A DNA stretch of 55,552 bases from Pedosphaera sp. (lineage in GTDB: Bacteria > Verrucomicrobiota > Verrucomicrobiia > Limisphaerales > F1-12-MAGs170), in assembly GCA_009695275.1 (NCBI GenBank), contig SIBF01000001.1:1-55552 (forward strand), read 5' to 3'. The position numbers and the translations under genes were made by a program. Below, one piece after another: positions 39,901 to 44,949 of this stretch. The notes beneath the pieces were generated by a model that was not told where the DNA came from, did not search any database, and saw nothing but the letters and a program-made list of their open reading frames with translations. Positions within the stretch are counted from its first letter, which is position 1. Every line of letters begins with the position of its first letter.

Positions 39901-42900
39901 CGCGCCGAGCATGTTGACTTCGAAAAATTTGGCGGGGTTGTTGGCGAACTCGTAAAGACGGATGAGTCCATCGCCGCTCTCCCCTGGATGAAGCAGATTG
40001 GCCGGTTCTTTTATCTTGAACGCGATCCCGACCTGCGGATCGACCGTGATACTGGCGTCTTCCAGAATGACCTCCAGCGGCCCGAGCCGCCCTGTTGCCG
40101 TCAACGCTCCGTTGATCCGGATGTTCCGGATCATCACTTCCGGATCGACCATGTTTTTCTTGAGGTAAAAACCCTTCCCATCAATCCCCATCTCGATCAT
40201 CAACTCGACATCGAGCGAAAGCTCCAGACTGCCGTGAATGCTCAGGAGTCCACCGAGAACATCGACATTCACGGGCGCCGAGACGGTGACGGTGCGGCGG
40301 AATGGCGCGCCTGGCTTGCCCAACTGCAGGATGCCCGAGCCCGCATTGGCAACCACGTTCAGGGGCGAGTCGTCCAGCGAATCGAGGAGCGTCTGAAATG
40401 CCCCATCCGTGGTGATCAACGTGCCAAGATCGGATGGCCTGAACGGACTTCCCGATTCAAAGATGCGACGCCACAGCGAGCGCGAGTCCAACCCAGCGCC
40501 GGCCAAAGACTGTTCCTCCGCTTCCGCAGCTTCGCCTGGCTCGTCGTGAGCCGGACCTTTCCCATTGAAATTGCCCCCGTTCAATGCCGATCCGAGAGCG
40601 TCACCCACCACCGGGGTGTCGTCCGTGAACAGATCGCCGATCATTCCGAAGAAGCCGGTGATGTGATCCCAGACATCCTTCCAAAAGCCGATGAAATCCT
40701 CAAGGAAAGTGGTGTCGTCGAAATGCTCGACGTTTACCGAGAAAACCTTCTGCGGTCCCATCTGTCGGATCTCGACACCGTCTGCTGAACTCGTTTCAAG
40801 ATCGCTGGTGGTCGGTCCCGTGAAATCGAGCGAATCCTGAGTGGTCTGGCCACCGCCGTTGTAATCAATATCTCCAAGAACCTGAACCTCGCCATTGGCG
40901 CTATCCACGATCAACGTGTCGTTCCCAGCCCCGGTATGCACCGAGATGTCTCGAACCGTCGAGAGTTTGAAGCTCCCAATCATCATCTCCGGACCGCCAG
41001 AAGCGACGAACACCTGCAGCTCGGGAGGAGTTCCGGACGCGGGACTGAGCTTCAAGCGGACCGTGTCGTCGCCCGGGCCGGTGTCGATGCGCAGCACGGC
41101 GTCCTGAAAGACGATGCGGCTGGCGTTGGGTAATTTCCACGCTCCCCTGCCCTGCGTGCCTGCCACCAAAACATCGTCGGTCCTGTCGTAAACCAGGTCG
41201 CCGACAACGACATTTGGAAAATCGTCACCAAGGCGGGTCCAGTTCGCGATGACGGGTGAGAACGAAAGGAACACGTTCAAATCAAAAATCCCCAGCCGAT
41301 AAACTCCGTCGTGAGCCCCCACCAGCAGCACATACTCATTATCGCGCCGTAAAACCTCGACCGAGCGGAAGCTTCCAACAGTGCGAAGTCCTCCGGTGAT
41401 ATCCGTCTGGGTCACGCCCGTTACCTGGTTCGAGGCGTCCACCGCGGTTTGAAGCAGCCAGACATGGCTTTCATCCACGGCAAAGGCCGTCTGCCAATTC
41501 GTCGGATCCAGAACGATATCGGTGATCGATCCTCCTCCAGGCAAAGTCACGGTGCGGAAATTGACGCCATCCGAGCTGACCGCCACCGTGCTGCCACGCG
41601 CCACATACATCACGTTCGTCACCGAACTTCCGTCCTTCATTCCTCCGTAGGCCAGGGCGCTGACAAAATCTGAAGACGCAGCGGCGAAGGGATCCTGAAC
41701 GATGCTGACGGTGTCCCCGCGGTCCGTGCTGCTGTAAACCCGGATCCGGCCAAGCAACAGCCGGTTGGAATCCGTGGCATTCACCACCAGCGGGATGCTC
41801 TGAAATCCGGAGAACGTCCTGTCTGTCTGTGCTCTCCGAAAACCAGGAGTGTTGTCCAACCCGCTGTAGTTCGCGGCACCAGCTCCTGATTTCAGCGGGA
41901 TTCGAGTGGCGGCGGAGAATGTGTCGGCGTTCAACGGGTTCGTGAAATCTCGCCGGTCGAAGAACTGGAAATTGTTTCCCATGTAATAGCGCGTCGAGAC
42001 CGCGCCATTGTACCCGACCGCCACATAGTTGCCGTCGCCACCGGAGAGATTCGACCAATCGGTGGGGGTCGCAGTCTGCCGAATCACGCCGGTGTCCTGC
42101 GTCCCGGCGAAGATTGAATTCGTGCTATGATCGTAGGCGACCGAATGGGTGATCTCGGCGATGCGCAGGCCCCGGCCCACGAATTCCCAGGCCGGTGACA
42201 AATTTGCGGCGCGCGGATTTTGCAGGCGGTACGGTCCGCCGTCAGTCAGCGCGATCAGGTCGTTGTTGTTGACCGAGAAAACGAGGTGCCGCGTGTCCGC
42301 GTGTGGCGCGGTGGTGAAAGGAGCGGGAATGGCCCCGTTCTTCGTGGTGATCTGCGTCCAACCGGCACCGCTCCAGCGATAGATGATCGCGAAGTAAGGC
42401 CCTTCAAGATTCGCGTCGCCGGCGATATAGACGGTGTTGGCATTGAGCGGGTCGGCAACCAGGCCGAAATGCAAATCGCCCTGGCTCCCGTTTGTTCGAG
42501 GGATCGAGTTGAGCACCGTCGAACCGAGCACGTTCCAGTTGTCCCCCTGGTCGCTCGACTGAAAGACACCAGCCGGCTTCCCATCGTAACCGATGACCAC
42601 CGCATAAACAGCGTTCCCAGCCGCTTTGCTGACGGCGAGCCGGATGCGAAGTGAGTTGGCCACCGTTTCTGGCACCACACTGGTTGTGATGGCACCATTG
42701 CGGTCCAGATCTTCTCCTTCGTCCAAAACGCCGTCCGCGTCGGCATCTTCGCCAGGGTCAAGAATCCGGTTGTTGTTCGTGTCCTCGCCCGCGTCGAGCA
42801 AGCCATTGTTGTTCAAATCCTCGCTCTGCTGTGCTTCCCCGGCGACACCGTCATGATCGTAGTCCGGCGCCAAGCCGTTGATCTTCCTCGACCATGTGAT

Positions 42901-44592
42901 CGTGGCCACGTTGATGTTCTGAGCGTTCGTCGAACGCCAAATCCCCCGTGTGCCGGCCGGAGAATTGGAATCAGACACTGATAGATAAAAGCGATTCGCG
43001 TCTCCCGGATCCTGTAAGACGTCGATGATGTCCGCCTCGGGCAGCGTTCCCTTCCCGGAGAGACGGACAAAGCTGTCTCCCCCGTTGTCGCTACGGTATA
43101 AGCCGCCCTTGCCCTCAACTGTTCCGACCGTAGCGGTGGCTTTGTTCGTTGAAACATACAGCCACCCAGCCAGGTTCCTCGATGAAACAATCGAAGTGAC
43201 CGCCAGGTCGTCGAACGATCCAATCTCCTGCCAGGACTCTCCCCCATCCTTGGATCGGAACAAGCCAGCCGAGGGTCCGCCCTCACGCGCGCTGCTGAAC
43301 GAGCCGGTCCCCGCGTAAAGCACCAGTTTGTTTTGCGGCGTCGCGTTCGTGACCAGATCCGCGTTGGCGTCAAAGTAACCCACCGCCACCGCGCCGATGG
43401 CCAGCGACGGCAGATCATCCCCGACGGGAGTCCATGAAGGGTTGGCCGTGTTGAAGTTGGTGGTTTTCCAAACACCGCCACTGACCGACGCCAGAAACGC
43501 GATCGCCGGATCCGTCGGATGGAACACGACGGAGTTGACCGCGCCGACGACCGGGTTGTCAGGCGGCACTTTCGTATTGGAATTACCGGAAGTGACGAAG
43601 GGCCCCTGCTCAACCCAGACGGCCGGTTCATCCAGGATCACCACCGACGGAACGTTCGGAACAAACCGCAGGAAGAGATCCCGTCCGTTGGCCGACAGAT
43701 CGATGAGAAAAACGCCCGTGCCAACACTTCCCCAAAAATCACCGGCATCGAGATCGAACCCGTCCCGATCAAAACCTTCGATGCCCTGCGTCGTGTGAAC
43801 AAGTCGCCAGGAGTATGACTTGGTATTGTCGAAATTCGCCGCGCCCAAGGGAGCGCCCCCCAGGGTCACCGTGTGGATGTCCACGAGGTACTTGCTCGCG
43901 GCAGTGGCGTTGATGGTGAGCTTTCCGGTGATCTCCAGCAAATCCCATCCGGTGCTGCTGCCTTCCACTCCTTCGGCATCACTGATGTCCCATACAAACT
44001 TCTCCGTCCCGCTCCACGCTTCATCGACGGACAGGACGGTCTTTGCGGGCACGTGTGCCGTGGATGTATCCGTGTGTTTCCCCACGGCCCCGCCATGCAA
44101 ACCAATCCATCGGAAATCGGTAGAGTTCGCAGGCGGCCCATTCGCCGCACGCAGGGTCTCCACCAATTGCCCGCTGGTTGGATTCGTGATCTGATCGCCG
44201 ACTGTGGCGGGCACATCTTCCGACGGGCTTGCCGGTGAAGTTTGCGCTTTGGGGGAAATCCCGGACGCTTCGTTGATTGCCGCGGCGGCAACGATTTCTT
44301 CGCCACCAGGACCGCCGTCGTTCAAATCCTCATTTCCCGCGGAGCCATCGGCTGGCGCCGATGAAAAATCGCTCAAGTCAAGGGGCCTGCTGTTCTCGAA
44401 AAGATCCAGAACCGCGTCGATCGGATGATAGGTATGTTCGCTGGTTTGAGAACTGGCTGGAGCGGCGATCTCGATCGTGACTTCCTGGGTTCCTGCGAGC
44501 AAGGAGGCGGGAGCAAGTGCGGAGAAACCTTCCGCTGAAAGCAGCAGCCTTGGCTCCAGAAGTTCGATCTCAAATTGTCGTTGAAAGGACAT
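24895..44592 (-). CDS. giant (6565 aa) LEPR-XLL-type mosaic extracellular Ca-binding protein: BNR/Asp-box propeller, TSP3-like loops, ~2300-aa unassigned core, RTX blocks, Calx-beta and SdrD-B-like units, ~1470-aa C-terminal RTX module array
   Basis: Single uninterrupted 19.7-kb ORF starting '[22 protein letters not shown]'. Asp-boxes: '[11 protein letters not shown]', 'RSDNGGDSF', 'SSDQGDNWN'. Many GGxGxD nonapeptides ('[26 protein letters not shown]'). Calx-beta-like units ('..DY....G.L.F.PGE..K.I.VPI..D...E.DE.F.V.L'). SdrD-B-like units ('GRVWLD...GV..V.V.L.D......T.T...G.Y.F..L..G.Y'). Confidence 0.92.
   Translation of the reverse strand: [6565 protein letters not shown]
25440..29860 (-). 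repeat. C-terminal RTX (hemolysin-type Ca-binding nonapeptide) module array, ~1470 aa
   Basis: Dense GGxGxDxL/I/F motifs organised in two recurring ~90-115-aa module types (see findings). Confidence 0.85.
29870..33440 (-). repeat. Calx-beta (about 6 units) interleaved with SdrD-B/Cna-B-like (about 3 units) block
   Basis: Units listed in the CDS evidence. Boundaries are approximate, judged by motif positions only. Confidence 0.7.
33465..34190 (-). repeat. first RTX nonapeptide block of the giant protein
   Basis: '[15 protein letters not shown]', '[62 protein letters not shown]...[13 protein letters not shown]...[20 protein letters not shown]'. Confidence 0.85.
41130..43650 (-). other. BNR/Asp-box (sialidase / VPS10-like) beta-propeller region of the giant protein
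   Basis: Recurrent 'S-x-D-x-G-x-(S/T/N)-W/F' boxes and 'GGVWKT', 'GLYRS', 'GIWRS', 'VFQS' blade starts. It ends near '[14 protein letters not shown]'. Confidence 0.65.
44533..44559 (-). other. LEPRxLL N-terminal signature of the giant protein (aa 12-20, 'LEPRLLLSA')
   Basis: Read directly from the translation. From memory, it matches the motif that names the 'LEPR-XLL domain' used in RefSeq annotation of very large repeat proteins. No Sec-type hydrophobic core follows it. Confidence 0.6.
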
Positions 44593-44949
44593 GTTACTTC
44601 AAGCACAGCCAGAGCGGAATATGTCCGGCTTTGCCTTCGAAAAATCAGGCTTCAGCAACCATGACTTCAGAATCGGCTCCGTTGATTGGGATCATGGACG
44701 ATTGATTATCAGGGCACTTTTGAGTCGTCAATGTTATTGCCGTAAATTTAATGAACCTGGCCTGTCGCGGTCAGAGCAAAAATGAATTGCTATGGACACT
44801 GCCTGCAAAATTGACCCCGGCATGCCATCTGGGTAGTGTACCCGCCATTGTCTGAGAACTGATTGGAAGACCGGTGCCAATGCCCTCGACGGAGTGAATC
44901 GCTTCGACACAGCGGGCGTCAGTTTTCACGGCGCGAATCGCAGCCAAAC

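Noticed and set aside
24793-40788. Very long plus-strand ORFs inside the giant gene (24793-26667 624 aa; 30283-32370 695 aa; 32974-35211 745 aa; 38677-40788 703 aa). Similar ones lie opposite the other large genes (22608-23888, 21150-22028, 12380-13561).
   Set aside because: They are antisense to ORFs with clear domain content. Their translations are Arg/Gly/Asp/Val-rich with no motifs. Stop-poor antisense frames are expected in GC-rich repetitive coding DNA.
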